A stretch of DNA of 64,000 nt from Lytechinus pictus. Its lineage: Eukaryota. A program made the translations under genes and the position numbers. Under the pieces are notes generated by a model, which worked only from the letters and a program-made list of their open reading frames with translations, was not told where the DNA came from and searched no databases. Shown here piece after piece: positions 12,252-23,574 of this stretch (position 1 is its first letter; each line of letters opens with the position of its first letter). Location of the stretch: contig NC_087251.1 in NCBI RefSeq assembly GCF_037042905.1, positions 12,464,001-12,528,000 on the forward strand, given 5' to 3'.

Positions 12252-13265
12252 TTTTTTATTATATGCCCGACCTGGATGGGAAGTATCATGGTATCACGCT
12301 CGGTGTCCGTCCGTCTGTCCGTTAACGTTTCCTTGTAAGTTTTTATGCAATAACTTAAGTTTGACTTAACCTAGGCTTATATAATTTGGTATGTATGATA
12401 CTAGTATGGATTCCAGGAAGCCTACTGATTTGTGGTCCAAAGGTCAAGGTCACAGTGACATGTTTTCATCTTACCCTTCTGCAGTCCTTGTAAACGCGAT
12501 AACTTTAGTTTGACTTATCCTAGGCTCATATAATTTGGTGTGTATGATACTAGCATAGATTCCAGGAAGCCTATTGATTTTGAAGTCAAAAGGTCAAGGT
12601 CACAGAGACATGTTTTCATCTTACCCTTCTGAAGTCCTTGTAAACGCAATAACTTCAGTTTAACTTAACCTAGGCTCATATAATTTGGTGTGTATGATAC
12701 TAGCATAGATTCCAGGAAGCCTTTTGATTTTGAGGTCAAAAGGTCAATGTTCAAGGTCACACATTTTTTCCTCTTACCCCTCTGAAGTCCTTGTAAACAC
12801 GATTACTTTAGTTTAACTTAACCTAGGCTCATATAATTTGGTGTGTATAATACTAGCGAGAATCCCAGGAAGCCTATAGATTTTTAGGTCAAAAGGTCAA
12901 ATGTCAAGGTCACACTGACATGTTTTCATCTTACCCTACTGAAGTCCTTGTTAAGTGATAACTTTACATGTGGTTTGACTTAACCTAGGCTCAAATAATT
13001 TGGTGTGTATGATACTAGCATAAATCCCAGGAAGCCTTTTGATTTTGAGGTCAAAGGTCAAGGTCACGGTGACATATTTTCATCTTACCCTTCTGCAGTC
13101 CTTGTAAATGTGATAACTTCAGTTTAACCTAACCTAGGCTCAAATAAATTGGTGTGTATGATACTAGCATAGATCTAAGGAAGCCTATCGATTTTGAGGT
13201 CAAAAGGTCAATGTTCAAGGTCACACTTACATGTTTTCCTCTCACCCCTCTGAAGTCCTTGTAAA
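12252..13265 (+). mobile_element. Helentron-associated (HINE/Tsp-like) element with ~6 tandem ~150-bp units
   Basis: T-rich 5' end and GTCC/GTCT microsatellite (12304-12322). Units are marked by taggct at ~12372, 12521, 12671, 12824, 12986 and 13135. Confidence 0.7.
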
Positions 13266-14375
13266 CCCTATGGAATTTCAACAACACTACAACAGACCTC
13301 CCAACATGTTTAATATGATTGATTGATTTGAATTTGATATATTTCATTTCTCATGATAATACACAATGCAAAATGAATACATTCAAACAAACAAAAACTT
13401 AATGGATTTAATCACATAGTAAACAGGTATATAAATGTGAAATTATAAAAATGATAAGAAAAATATGTGAAAAAACAAAACGCTAAAAGGAGCTTGAAAG
13501 AGGTTATCCCAGTTGTACATTATAATTACAGAATACATATGCATAAAGAAGCATATAGAAAAGCACAAATAAAATTTATGAAGTAACTTGCCCAAGAAAA
13601 ATCCTTAACAACTACCCCACCCCCCCCCCCCCATTTACATAACCAAACATTGCATTACTTCCATCTAAAATGTAGCTGAAATTATATCTTTTAATTAACT
13701 TTTGAATGCCGATAAAAATAAGCATTGTTTCATCTCCCTGGGAAGTTGGAGGAAAGAATCTGTGTTTTGACAGTCAAAGCATGGTTTCTCTGAATTGTCT
13801 TGCTTATCCCACTGCAAATTCCTATTAGAAATGCTGATTTTTTTTCTTTGTGTATTTTTTAAAATATAGATAATCCTTAATTATCAGTTTGAAAGGTTGG
13901 GAACTCTAACATATAGTACCAATACTTCATCTAAAATTGATATACCGGTACTCAAGAGAAGAGTTCTTGAAGAAAGAATTCATAGCAGATGAGTCTTCTT
14001 ACAACACTCTTTCTTGAGAACACTTCTCTTGAAAATGTGCATTGTAGATGAAGTACCGGTACGGTGACACTATGTATCTTAAATTTGGGGGTTAGAGACA
14101 AAAAATCAGTTTAAATTCAAAGGTAATAGATCAGTTCAAAATCATGTCTTATTTCGAACGCTCTTCTTGAGGAAAAGAAACCACTGTGTCATATCAATTG
14201 CGAGACATTCTCACAAGATAGAGATCATTTGCTACCATGATCATTTCTCACTCATAATACTTCTTCTTTGTCATCTAAGTAGCAACGTAAATCAGTGCAT
14301 ATCCTTTATTTGCAAGGTTACTGACGGTATGCCAAATCAAAACATTACTTTTCTATATTTCAATTGATCATTTAA

Positions 14376-14958
14376 AGGAGAATGAAACTCTTGGAGCAAG
14401 TTAGCTTTTGTGAAAGCAGAAAAATCAAAGAATAAGATCAACAAAACTTTGAGTAAAATAGGACTAGCAATAAAAGAGTTATGAGCATTTGAATGTCGAG
14501 ATCACTAATGCTATGGAGATCCTCCCATTGGCAATGCGACCAAGATCTGTGATGTCACACACGTACAACTCTCCCATTCGGACACTGAAAATATACCCCA
14601 AAACATCTCTTTTTGCTCATTCTAATCATATGACAAACGATTCATCAATGATATAATGTTGTGAAACCTCTGTACTTGTCATCTCATAAAGAAAACACCT
14701 AACCTTGTGATAGACTCTATAAAAGTGAGAATATAAGTGAAATAAGTACTAAAGTAATGAAGGAGTTGTACGTGTGTGATATCACAGATCTTGGTCGCAT
14801 TGCCGATGGGAGGATCTACATGGCACTAGTGATCTCAATATTCAAATGCTCATAACTTTCTTATTATTCATTCAATCTTCCTCAAACTTTCAACAATATG
14901 TTTCTTTGATTTTTCTCTTTGATATGGATTCAGCTAGTTTCGAGGGTTTCATTCTCCT
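14376..14958. mobile_element. Palindromic Kolobok-like MITE
   Basis: TTAA|AGGAGAATGAAAC ... GTTTCATTCTCCT|TTAA. Confidence 0.75.
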
Positions 14959-15276
14959 TTAATTCAACCATTTTTTGACAGGGCTTTATCAGTTTTTATC
15001 ACTCTGAACAAAACTTTTATTGGTGTATTAAAATTGATCATGCAAGTGAATTGTTCCAGGTATCAGTCAAGTTGTTTTTTTGTAATATAGATAGTGGGTT
15101 CTAAAAAAAGGGAAACTAGATTTCCTGGCAAATATGTCACATTAATTCCTTCATGAGATATCAATGTTATTAGGTAAAGATTTGTTTCACTATTTTTATT
15201 CCATTCACATTCTATTCATATTATACTCAGTACGATTTAATTGTAGAAAATTGTGAATGCACAGATACGCACTATA

Positions 15277-16051
15277 CAGTGCGTCCCACAGAAAACGAAA
15301 CCGAGATTTACAGATGATTTATCATGCCTTAATCGCAATAATAGACAAATGACCTGTCATTGTAAAGTATAGGATCTCCTCTTTCATTTGAAATAACTTA
15401 GGTTATTTGTCATTCATGCATGAGTGAGCAAAAACAATTTGAAGAAAGGAAACCAAAATGTTTTTTCACATTTTTAAAAAGTTCAATATCTGTTCTTTAA
15501 TTTGATACCTGAATTACAGAAAACGGTCAAGAAATAAAAAAGTTTTTGTTTGTTTGAAATAAGGCTTGAATTCCAATAATTTCATAAAGTGAAGAGGTTT
15601 TACAGGATAGCTTTTAGACTTACCACTCCGTTTTGTTGACGATCAGCCATGCAGAAAGTCTTGTTAACTATGCGATTGCTTCAGTGGGGAACTGGTGAAA
15701 ACACGTATGTTTCTTGAAATTATTGAAATACAAGCATTGTTTCAAAGAAACATAACTGTTATTTCTTGACCATTTTCTGCGATTTGGCTATCAAATTAAA
15801 GAGCAAATAGAACTTTTTAGGCATGTGATTTTCTTTTTGAAATTTTGATACCCCCCGCCAAATGACTTATTGCTATCATTTCTTCATATTGTTTTTACTC
15901 ACTCATGCGCGGACGAAAAATCTTGAATATTATACCAGCTAAAAGAGGACATCTAAGCTTTAGAATGATAGGTCATTTGACTATTGTATTTGTGATTAAG
16001 TTATGATAAATCATCGCTAAACCTCGGTTTAGTTTTTTGTGGGATGCACTG
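15277..16051. mobile_element. Tc1/mariner-like MITE with TA TSD
   Basis: TA|CAGTGCGTCCCACA ... TGTGGGATGCACTG|TA with long imperfect TIRs. Confidence 0.75.
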
Positions 16052-16235
16052 TATAATAATGACTTTTCTCTTGATATGACACCTCAATGTGACAGCACAG
16101 AAAGTATGCACAAACCAGTAAAAATGAATGGATTTTCCAGTATTAAAAAGCCAAATAAGAAATATTTAGACTTCTTGGGAGAGGAGACAAAAAAATGATA
16201 ATCGTATCTCTTTTCATGAATTTTGAACTTTACAG

Positions 16236-16387
16236 CTTTGCATCAGAGTGGTCACAACAGTGGTGTTATCCATGCTGGGATTTACTACACCCCTGGGTCT
16301 CTGAAGGCTAAACTCTGTGTAGAAGGTTTAGAATTGGCCTACAAGTATCTAGATGAGCATAATCTTCCCTACAAAAGATGTGGAAAG
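16236..16387 (+). CDS. L2HGDH: L2HGDH exon 3
   Basis: tacag| acceptor; [50 protein letters not shown] contains the hallmark HNSGVIHxGIYY motif; AAG|gtatac donor. Not in the ORF track. Confidence 0.97.
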
Positions 16388-16703
16388 GTATACTGATGTT
16401 AATTGTTTGAGCTAAAATAAATTTGTAAATTAGACTTCATGGTCCAATTATAGAAAACTGCCCCCCAAAATGAAAGACTCAATTGCTTCATGTGATTTAG
16501 AATGTATTCTATAATTCTTTTACAAAAAATATACTGTAAAGCTGACCCATTCTAAATTGATGTTTTAAAAAAGAAAATTTGATCAAAATGGCTATACCAG
16601 AGGCTTTTGATTATAAGCTGCAACAAGGTACTGAATCATGAAGCTACATAGTGCTATTTCAATTCCATGAAATTATTTTACTCAAAACTTTGTTCCTGTC
16701 CAG

Positions 16704-16835
16704 CTTATTGTGGCACGTAATGCAGAGGAAATACCAAGACTAGATGCACTGCATGAAAGAGGACAGAAAAATGGTGTGAAGGGACTAAGGATCATGAATT
16801 CAGATGAGATCAGAGAAGTGGAACCATATTGCAAG
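16704..16835 (+). CDS. L2HGDH: L2HGDH exon 4
   Basis: tccag| LIVARNAEEIPRLDALHERGQKNGVKGLRIMNSDEIREVEPYCK |gtacaa; 132 nt, phase 0-0. Confidence 0.96.
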
Positions 16836-17755
16836 GTACAATTTTCTACAATGCTATGAATCCTGCATTTCAACAAGAATCATTTATCATAGTGTTGGTG
16901 ATGCAATACAAGTAATCTTAGGGCCCTCTTACACACTTGTTGAAAGTGGATTGAGGCCAGCCTCACTCCACTGTCAACCTGTGTGTAACAGATCTCTCTT
17001 ATCAAAATGCAGGACTGAGGCCAGCACAAAAAATTTGGACACCTTTTTATGTGGTGTGAATCCGGCCCAAGATGAGAGGGGGATGGGGTAGGGGCATTAT
17101 GTATATGTTTAAGAGGAATGAAGATAATATGTTGGTTTTCAAATTCAAATTCAAATTCAATTCGGTTTTATTAAACAATACTCATCAAAAAGTCAGAAGA
17201 CTAACAATGTGAGTTTACATTTTTTTTAAATACATAACAAAGAAATAAATAAATACATAACATGCAGTGACCATTAAAGAAGAAAAAAAATATACATTAT
17301 GTTTAAAATGCAATAATAGTATTAGAAGAAATAGAATGAGCAGATGCATGTAATAAGACAGATTAAATTTATATATAGGGGCCTATATAAAAAAAAGCAG
17401 GTGAGGAGCAAGAAAGGGGAGCAAGAACGGCAAGAGTAAGCCTGTGAAAAGGTGAGAATAGAGAGAGGGTGTAGCAAAATATAAAGGAAAGAGGGGAAAA
17501 AGGAATGAAGGAGGAAAAAAGAAAGACCCACTAGTAAACAATAAATTGCAGATTACAAATATAATAATTATGTGTAACAAAAAAAAAGTGTAATTATTTA
17601 ATTGTTTTTCAACAGGTAACATGTAATATGGAATAATGGAAGGTTTCTATACATGTACAAATGTGCTATATGTGCTTTTGCATGTTCTGTATGAAAGGGA
17701 GGGTATTTATATGTGTGTTTATTAAACTGATATGAATTTTCTGCTTTTACTTAAG

Positions 17756-17918
17756 GGTGTAAAGGCCATCCATTCTCCAAACACTGGGATAGTTGACTGG
17801 GGCCAGGTTGCACAATACTATGGCAAGAACTTTGAGAGGCTTGGAGGCAGTATCTTCACCAACTTTGAGGTTACAAACTTTGCCATGACAACAGAAGGCA
17901 AAACTGGCTCAAAAGAAG
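17756..17918 (+). CDS. L2HGDH: L2HGDH exon 5
   Basis: ttaag| GVKAIHSPNTGIVDWGQVAQYYGKNFERLGGSIFTNFEVTNFAMTTEGKTGSKE G|gtaaca. Confidence 0.95.
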
Positions 17919-19749
17919 GTAACAAGTATTATTTATATAGAGCATTTTAGCGATACATTAAAAATGAATATCCCATAGGCTCCTGTACAAAATTTGCCAT
18001 TGAATATGAGACCGTATTCAACAGTCTAGTGCGCATGCGCGAATGTATGAAATATACAATGCGTACAACAATGACAGCAGTACGATGCGCAGCATAGAGC
18101 ACAATTACACTTAAACTTTGGTAAATTAGAAATCTGCCCCCTCCCCCTTTGATTTTCCTGATTTTTTTTTCATTGCAACTATTCTGCTTTCAAGATTCCT
18201 GCTGGTATAATTCAATATTTATTATTTTGTTGTTTCCAAAAGTAAAAGGTTTAACAGTCACTTTTTTCTAAATTATTTAAATGATTAAAAAATGTTTACT
18301 CTTTATTCATATTTTCCCCTGACAAAAGTTTTTATCTTTCCAGGCAATCATACTTTCGCAATGATCAATAAATGCATGTTTGAATTGTTTCAAAAATCAG
18401 TTATAGATGATGGTTCAAAGTTTTGGTTCAATTTGAATAATATTATACTATCTTAGAAGGCTGTTGTAGTGCTCTTTGGCTACACTGTCACCTAAACTTA
18501 TAAATGCCAACCAAGGAATTTTTTCTGCCTAAAATTGGTCACTTTTATTCTTTAACACAAATCCAAACCTATTTCAAGGCAATGTCGACTTTCTCTCTCA
18601 CATCGCTATCATAATTTCATGAAGATTTCATCTTGAATGGGAGAGGCTCACTTCATTATAACATGAAGGTATTCATTCTGCCTGTGATAGAATTCACTGA
18701 AAGAATCTATCTGGGTCGGCTTTTATGATTAAAAAATCTGAAGTTAGCGGGAAATTAAATCTGATAAAACAATATTCATAGCAGGATAATATATCTGTTG
18801 TATTTTAATACCACATTGCCTACTGGATTTGGATGGTCCCTAGACAAAGCCTTTGGGAATGACAGAATTCACCAGTCAAAGGGTGAATGAAGATGCAATC
18901 AATTGCATGCCTACTCTCCTCATATCATGAGGGAATTATTCAATTCAATCTTTCTTTCAATTTTCTCATTGCGATTTCTTTCAAAACTCCCTTGAATCTT
19001 CGAGATGATCTACTATCAACCTATGAATTACCAATAGAAAGGGAGAGAGGGGGTCGATTTATAAAACTTGAAGGTTGATAATATAATGATTTTACAAACT
19101 TTGTATTTTCTTTCATAAAGCAGTTATACTTGAGAAAAAAATTAGCAGTAGATATTAAACAGTGGGTACTATGGATAATTCTTGAATATCTCATATTCTA
19201 TTTTGCTTTTATTCATAGCATGTTAACCCAAGGAATAGTATCGTCATTAATTTTTGGGTTGAAGTGTTATGATGAACTTGATATTCATGTATTTCTGTAA
19301 TTTTGAATATCACTTTATGTGGCAACTTCCTTCCACCCTGCTAACTTATAATTTTGGACTGTAGACTATTGCGCTGTTGTAATTCAACAAAATACAAGTG
19401 ACAAAACTAATATTTCTTGTGAAAATGTAAGTACATTTTGTCAGTTTACTCAGAAATTAATGCAAGATTGTGATATTATATCTGTCATAGGTGTTGGATG
19501 CATTTCAGGTTCAAAGATAATATACAATATGCCCCGTGTAAAAAGTATGGAGAAGATACTATACAAGTATATTGATTCATCCCATGATCTGGACCAAATT
19601 TAGATTGTCCTAGCTCTAAGTTTGACCTATCATCAGAGCTAAACGATGTCTGGATAGGCTGCACATGGCTGAAACTAATTTGATATCTTAATATCTTGCT
19701 ATCTACTAATTGTACTTATTATTGTTTTTGTGTTTATTTATTTGTCAAG

Positions 19750-19787
19750 GTTTACAACATCCCGTGACCCTGCAAGCCAAGTCTGGT
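19750..19787 (+). CDS. L2HGDH: L2HGDH exon 6 (38-nt micro-exon)
   Basis: gtcaag| GT TTA CAA CAT CCC GTG ACC CTG CAA GCC AAG TCT GGT |gtaagt = (G)LQHPVTLQAKSG. It bridges phase 1 to phase 0 and resembles vertebrate GMQYPIVIKNTKG. Confidence 0.85.
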
Positions 19788-19829
19788 GTAAGTATACAGG
19801 AGATGTAAAGAAATTTCATTTTTTGCAAT

Positions 19830-20360
19830 ATTTATACCCATTCCAAACAAAGTTTGAAGGGGGTATTTTGGAATGTGGACGGTTGTTCAGTCAGGTGGTC
19901 TGGCAATTGGTCCATTCCAAAATCTTGCAGTTGGAACGACTTCCTCAGTTTGTATTTTTAACTAATTGTCATGAAATGTGGAACACACATTGTTTTGGGG
20001 GTAAAGATGTGCAAGACACATTTTTCACATGTGTCAGAAATTGCATTGCCATGGTAACAATACTTTGGCCAAAATTAGGTTAAAGTTTTACAGTTCAAAT
20101 TACTTCCTCAGTTTTTTTTTACTCAATTCTCATGAAATTTGGCACATACGTTGGTCTTTAAGAAAAAATGTGCAAGACATATTTTTCACCTGTCTTGTAA
20201 ATTGTGTTGCCATGGTTAGAATATATCATGGCCAAAAAGCCAGCAAATTCATTGCAGATCAAACTGCTTCTGTTTTTGGCCAGATTTGTCAGAAACTGTG
20301 TTGCCGTGGTAATGACAGTACGGGGGGGGGGGTCTTAATCATCAATGATCTTTTAATTAT
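19830..20360 (+). mobile_element. HINE-like element with gttgccatggtaac-type subrepeats
   Basis: tttataccc 5' end, short tandem units each ending in ttgccatggt, and a G-run near the 3' end. Confidence 0.5.
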
Positions 20361-20636
20361 TTTAAACAACCTTGCATGAGTTTTGCCATAAAGCTCGAAA
20401 CAAATCTATTCAAGTAGCTCTCCATTTTTCTGGAAGTACAAAGAAACTACGTACAGCTGCATTGGTGTGTTCTAACTGCCAGGTTCATGGATAACTTGAC
20501 AAGTGATTTTTTTTTTAACTACTGTTAGTATTTCTTTCTGAAGGTTTCCATGGCGAAGAAGAATAGTGTAGTAGGTTTCACGGTACACCATGTATTCTTT
20601 CTTGGGCATATGTTGGTCCTGAAAAGGACCACCCAA

Positions 20637-20678
20637 TCTCGACGTTTCGACAAGTGTGTTCTTGTCGTCCTCAGGAGA
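20637..20678 (-). ncRNA. Second copy of the minimal hammerhead ribozyme (inverted arm)
   Basis: Exact reverse complement of 23533-23574. Confidence 0.85.
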
Positions 20679-20953
20679 ATGAGCAAAGTTTGTAAAAGCA
20701 GGCCTTATATACTCTGTCGAAGTGCCGTATACACGGTATCTCGCAGGGTACATGTCTCTGATTGGCTAGATAGGTCACATGACATCCACATGTGCGGACG
20801 TGGGTGACAACACACAAATTGGGCGCGCAAAACCAGCGACGACCGGAAATTGCTGTCAGTTATCATTCCCGCTAGGATTAGCATGAATGACAAAAGTCAC
20901 CACTTCCGCCCATACACTGCAGTGCTCACACGTGTGTGGAATGTCCGGGTAGG

Positions 20954-21370
20954 CTAATTAGGCAAATTAGCCTCTTTGTCTAGAACGGTGAGCCAGATAT
21001 TGCTAAGTTGGAGGCCGCTGTCTTGAGGAACAGTGTTATGTTCCTCAATCTCCAACGCTTCTCTGACTCTCCGTTGATACCAGTAGGGGACACGGGTGAC
21101 CAGTCTACTCTCATCCCAAAGAATCCGGTGATCATGTGTATGGGCATGATCGATGATTGCAGATTTCTCCCTCTCGTCTCTCCTACCATGGGCCTTGTGT
21201 TCCTTAATCCGAGTGTTAAAGGAACGACCCGTCTCTCCGATGTAAACTTTACCGCATTCACAAGGAATTCGGTAAACTCCAGGGAGGTCCTTGGAGTTGC
21301 GCTTGTCCTTATGTGTAGTGAGGGCAGATTGAAGCTTATTTGAGGAACTATGACGAACCTCAATGTCGGC
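20954..21370 (-). CDS. Intact PLE GIY-YIG endonuclease domain (138 aa, no start codon) in the inverted arm
   Basis: My translation: ADIEVRHSSSNKLQSALTTHKDKRNSKDLPGVYRIPCECGKVYIGETGRSFNTRIKEHKAHGRRDEREKSAIIDHAHTHDHRILWDESRLVTRVPYWYQRRVREALEIEEHNTVPQDSGLQLSNIWLTVLDKEANLPN*. It has the GVY...YIG motif and candidate catalytic R (TRIKEH) and E (REALEI). Missed by the ORF track. Confidence 0.92.
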   Translation of the reverse strand, partial: ADIEVRHSSSNKLQSALTTHKDKRNSKDLPGVYRIPCECGKVYIGETGRSFNTRIKEHKAHGRRDEREKSAIIDHAHTHDHRILWDESRLVTRVPYWYQRRVREALEIEEHNTVPQDSGLQLSNIWLTVLDKEANLPN

Positions 21371-22975
21371 CGAGACACAACCGCCAGCCGAGACACAACC
21401 GCCAGCCTAGACACAACTTGCATCCTAGCAAAACTGTTGTCAACCTCAGTCAACGTCAGTTGTCGGAGAATGAACATCAGGTCCTCTCATTGGGACTTAA
21501 TTTTGCTATGGCTCCTAAGCAAGTAAACCGAAAAGAATTCATCCAGAAGATTGAACCCAACCTCAGACATCTTACTCGGTCTCAATCAGACACAGTGCGT
21601 ATCCAAATCTCACAAGTACTGACTTCGGTTAACCCACCTCGGCCTAACCTCACCAAAGCCGAGAAGTCAGGCCTTGCTAGTCTCCGAGAGGATAACTCCA
21701 TTCATATTCTCAAGGCAGACAAGGGTAATGCTACTGTTGTGATGGACAGATTGGATTATGAGACCAAGGTTCAAAGACTACTGGATTCGGGGACCTATAG
21801 GAAACTTCCTAGAGACCCCACACCGGCCATCGAACGTAGGGTTAATGATAAGCTCCTCTCTCTCCAGAGGAAGGATGTCTTGTCTAGACCCATTTACCGA
21901 CAACTCCGGAGCTCGTCTGGTCTATGTCCCATAATCTTTGGGCAACCGAAGATTCATAAACCAGACACTCCACTCAGACCTATTGTGTCTACTAGAGGAT
22001 CTCCCACGTACGCACTGGCTCAGCATTTGACTTACATCTTACAGCCTCTTGTTGGTCAGGGCGTGCATCACGTGAGAAACTCTAAACATTTCGTTGAGCA
22101 GATCTGTCAGATGAACGTCTCTAACAATGACCTCCTCATCAGCTTTGATGTTGAGTCATTGTTCACAAGTGTACCAGTTAAGGATGCTTGCGCCATCATC
22201 CTTGAGAGATTGAAATTTGACAGAACTCTCCCTGACAGGACACAGTTGTCTCCTCTAGAGATCCATGACTTGCTTGAGATGTGCCTCAATTCCACCTCTT
22301 TCAGATGGAGAGACACATTCTACAGGCAAACGGAAGGGGCTGCCATGGGGTCTCCCCTGTCCCCAGTGGTAGCCAACATGTTCATGGAACATTTCGAGGA
22401 GACGGCTCTCCAGTCAGCAACCCACAAACCCAAAGTGTGGCTTAGATATGTGGACGACACTTTTGTGGTTTGGCAACACGGTGCTGAGGAAACTAGCAAT
22501 TTCTTACAGCACCTCAACTCTCAACACGAGTGTATCAAGTTCACCATGGAAATGGAGAATGAGGGGTCTATCCCCTTTCTTGATACAAAGATTACGAGGA
22601 CGGCACAGGGATCCCTATCCCATCAGGTTTATCGGAAACCTACTCACACTGATCGGTACTTGAACTATCGTTCATTCCACCACCCATCAGTGCTGAGATC
22701 CATCAACAAGACGTTAGTCAAACGAGCGCATGAGGTTAGTGACCAGATCCACCTGAGAGGTGAGCTTGAGCATATCAAACGTGTTTTGAAATGTAACAAC
22801 TACCCCTCACATAAGATCTGCACTGAGCTTCCCCCCTCGCGGAACCCTCGTGTAGGACAACCCAAGGCGAGAGTCGTTCTTCCATATCTGGGAACAGCCT
22901 CTCACAAAATTCAGAGGATTTTGAGAGAAGCCGACATTGAGGTTCGTCATAGTTCCTCAAATAAGCTTCAATCTG
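21371..22975 (+). CDS. PLE reverse transcriptase (N-terminally truncated; frameshifts at 22975/22976)
   Basis: Open frame with the PLE motifs VVNLSxRxLS...GLNFA, ADKGNATVVMD, FGQPKIHKPDTPLRPIVS, SFDVESLFTSVP, GAAMGSPLSP, RYVDD, IPFLD and VYRKPTHTDRYL. Confidence 0.93.
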
Positions 22976-23446
22976 AGAGACGGGTCGTTCCTTTAACACT
23001 CGGATTAAGGAACACAAGGCCCATGGTAGGAGAGACTAGAGGGAGAAATCTGCAATCATCGATCATGCCCATACACATGATCACCGGATTCTTTGGGATG
23101 AGAGTAGACTGGTCACCCGTGTCCCCTACTGGTATCAACGGAGAGTCAGAGAAGCGTTGGAGATTGAGGAACATAACACTGTTCCTCAAGACAGCGGCCT
23201 CCAACTTAGCAATATCTGGCTCACCGTTCTAGACAAAGAGGCTAATTTGCCTAATTAGCCTACCCGGACATTCCACACACGTGTGAGCACTGCAGTGTAT
23301 GGGCGGAAGTGGTGACTTTTGTCATTCATGCTAATCCTAGCGGGAATGATAACTGACAGCAATTTCCGGTCGTCGCTGGTTTTGCGCGCCCAATTTGTGT
23401 GTTGTCACCCACGTCCGCACATGTGGATGTCATGTGACCTATCTAG

Positions 23447-23534
23447 CCAATCAGAGACATGTACCTGCGAGATACCGTGTATACGGCACTTCGACAGAGT
23501 ATATAAGGCCTGCTTTTACAAACTTTGCTCATTC
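23447..23534 (+). promoter_or_regulatory. PLE pLTR Pol II core promoter (CCAAT, TATA, Inr)
   Basis: CCAAT 23447-23451, TATATAA 23500-23506 and Inr-like TCATTC with A at 23531 (TATA at -31). A mirrored copy lies on the - strand at ~20677-20765. Confidence 0.6.
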
Positions 23535-23574
23535 TCCTGAGGACGACAAGAACACACTTGTCGAAACGTCGAGA
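23533..23574 (+). ncRNA. Minimal type I hammerhead ribozyme in the PLE pLTR
   Basis: TCTC CTGAGGA C GACAAG aacaca CTTGTC GAAA CG TC GAGA: CUGANGA and GAAA core, 6-bp stem II, loopless palindromic stem III (ACGT), UC cleavage after 23570, stem I TCTC/GAGA. Confidence 0.85.

Noticed and set aside
12340..13265. CRISPR-like array
   Set aside because: Whole ~150-bp units are similar with no unique spacers, the context is eukaryotic, and there are no cas genes.
21340..21370. Listed N-terminus MRNYDEPQC of the 630-aa ORF
   Set aside because: It starts at TTG and is antisense sequence from the inverted arm, not a real PLE start.
20472..21477. Several ORFs duplicated on opposite strands (20472, 20705, 20980, 21008 versus 22968, 23319, 23395)
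   Set aside because: By-products of the inverted repeat in non-coding frames.
22976..23232. Apparent novel C-terminal domain (ERRVVPLTLG...SGSPF) fused to the RT in the 630-aa ORF
   Set aside because: It is the out-of-frame reading of the endonuclease after the 88-bp deletion; the true frame is visible in the inverted arm.
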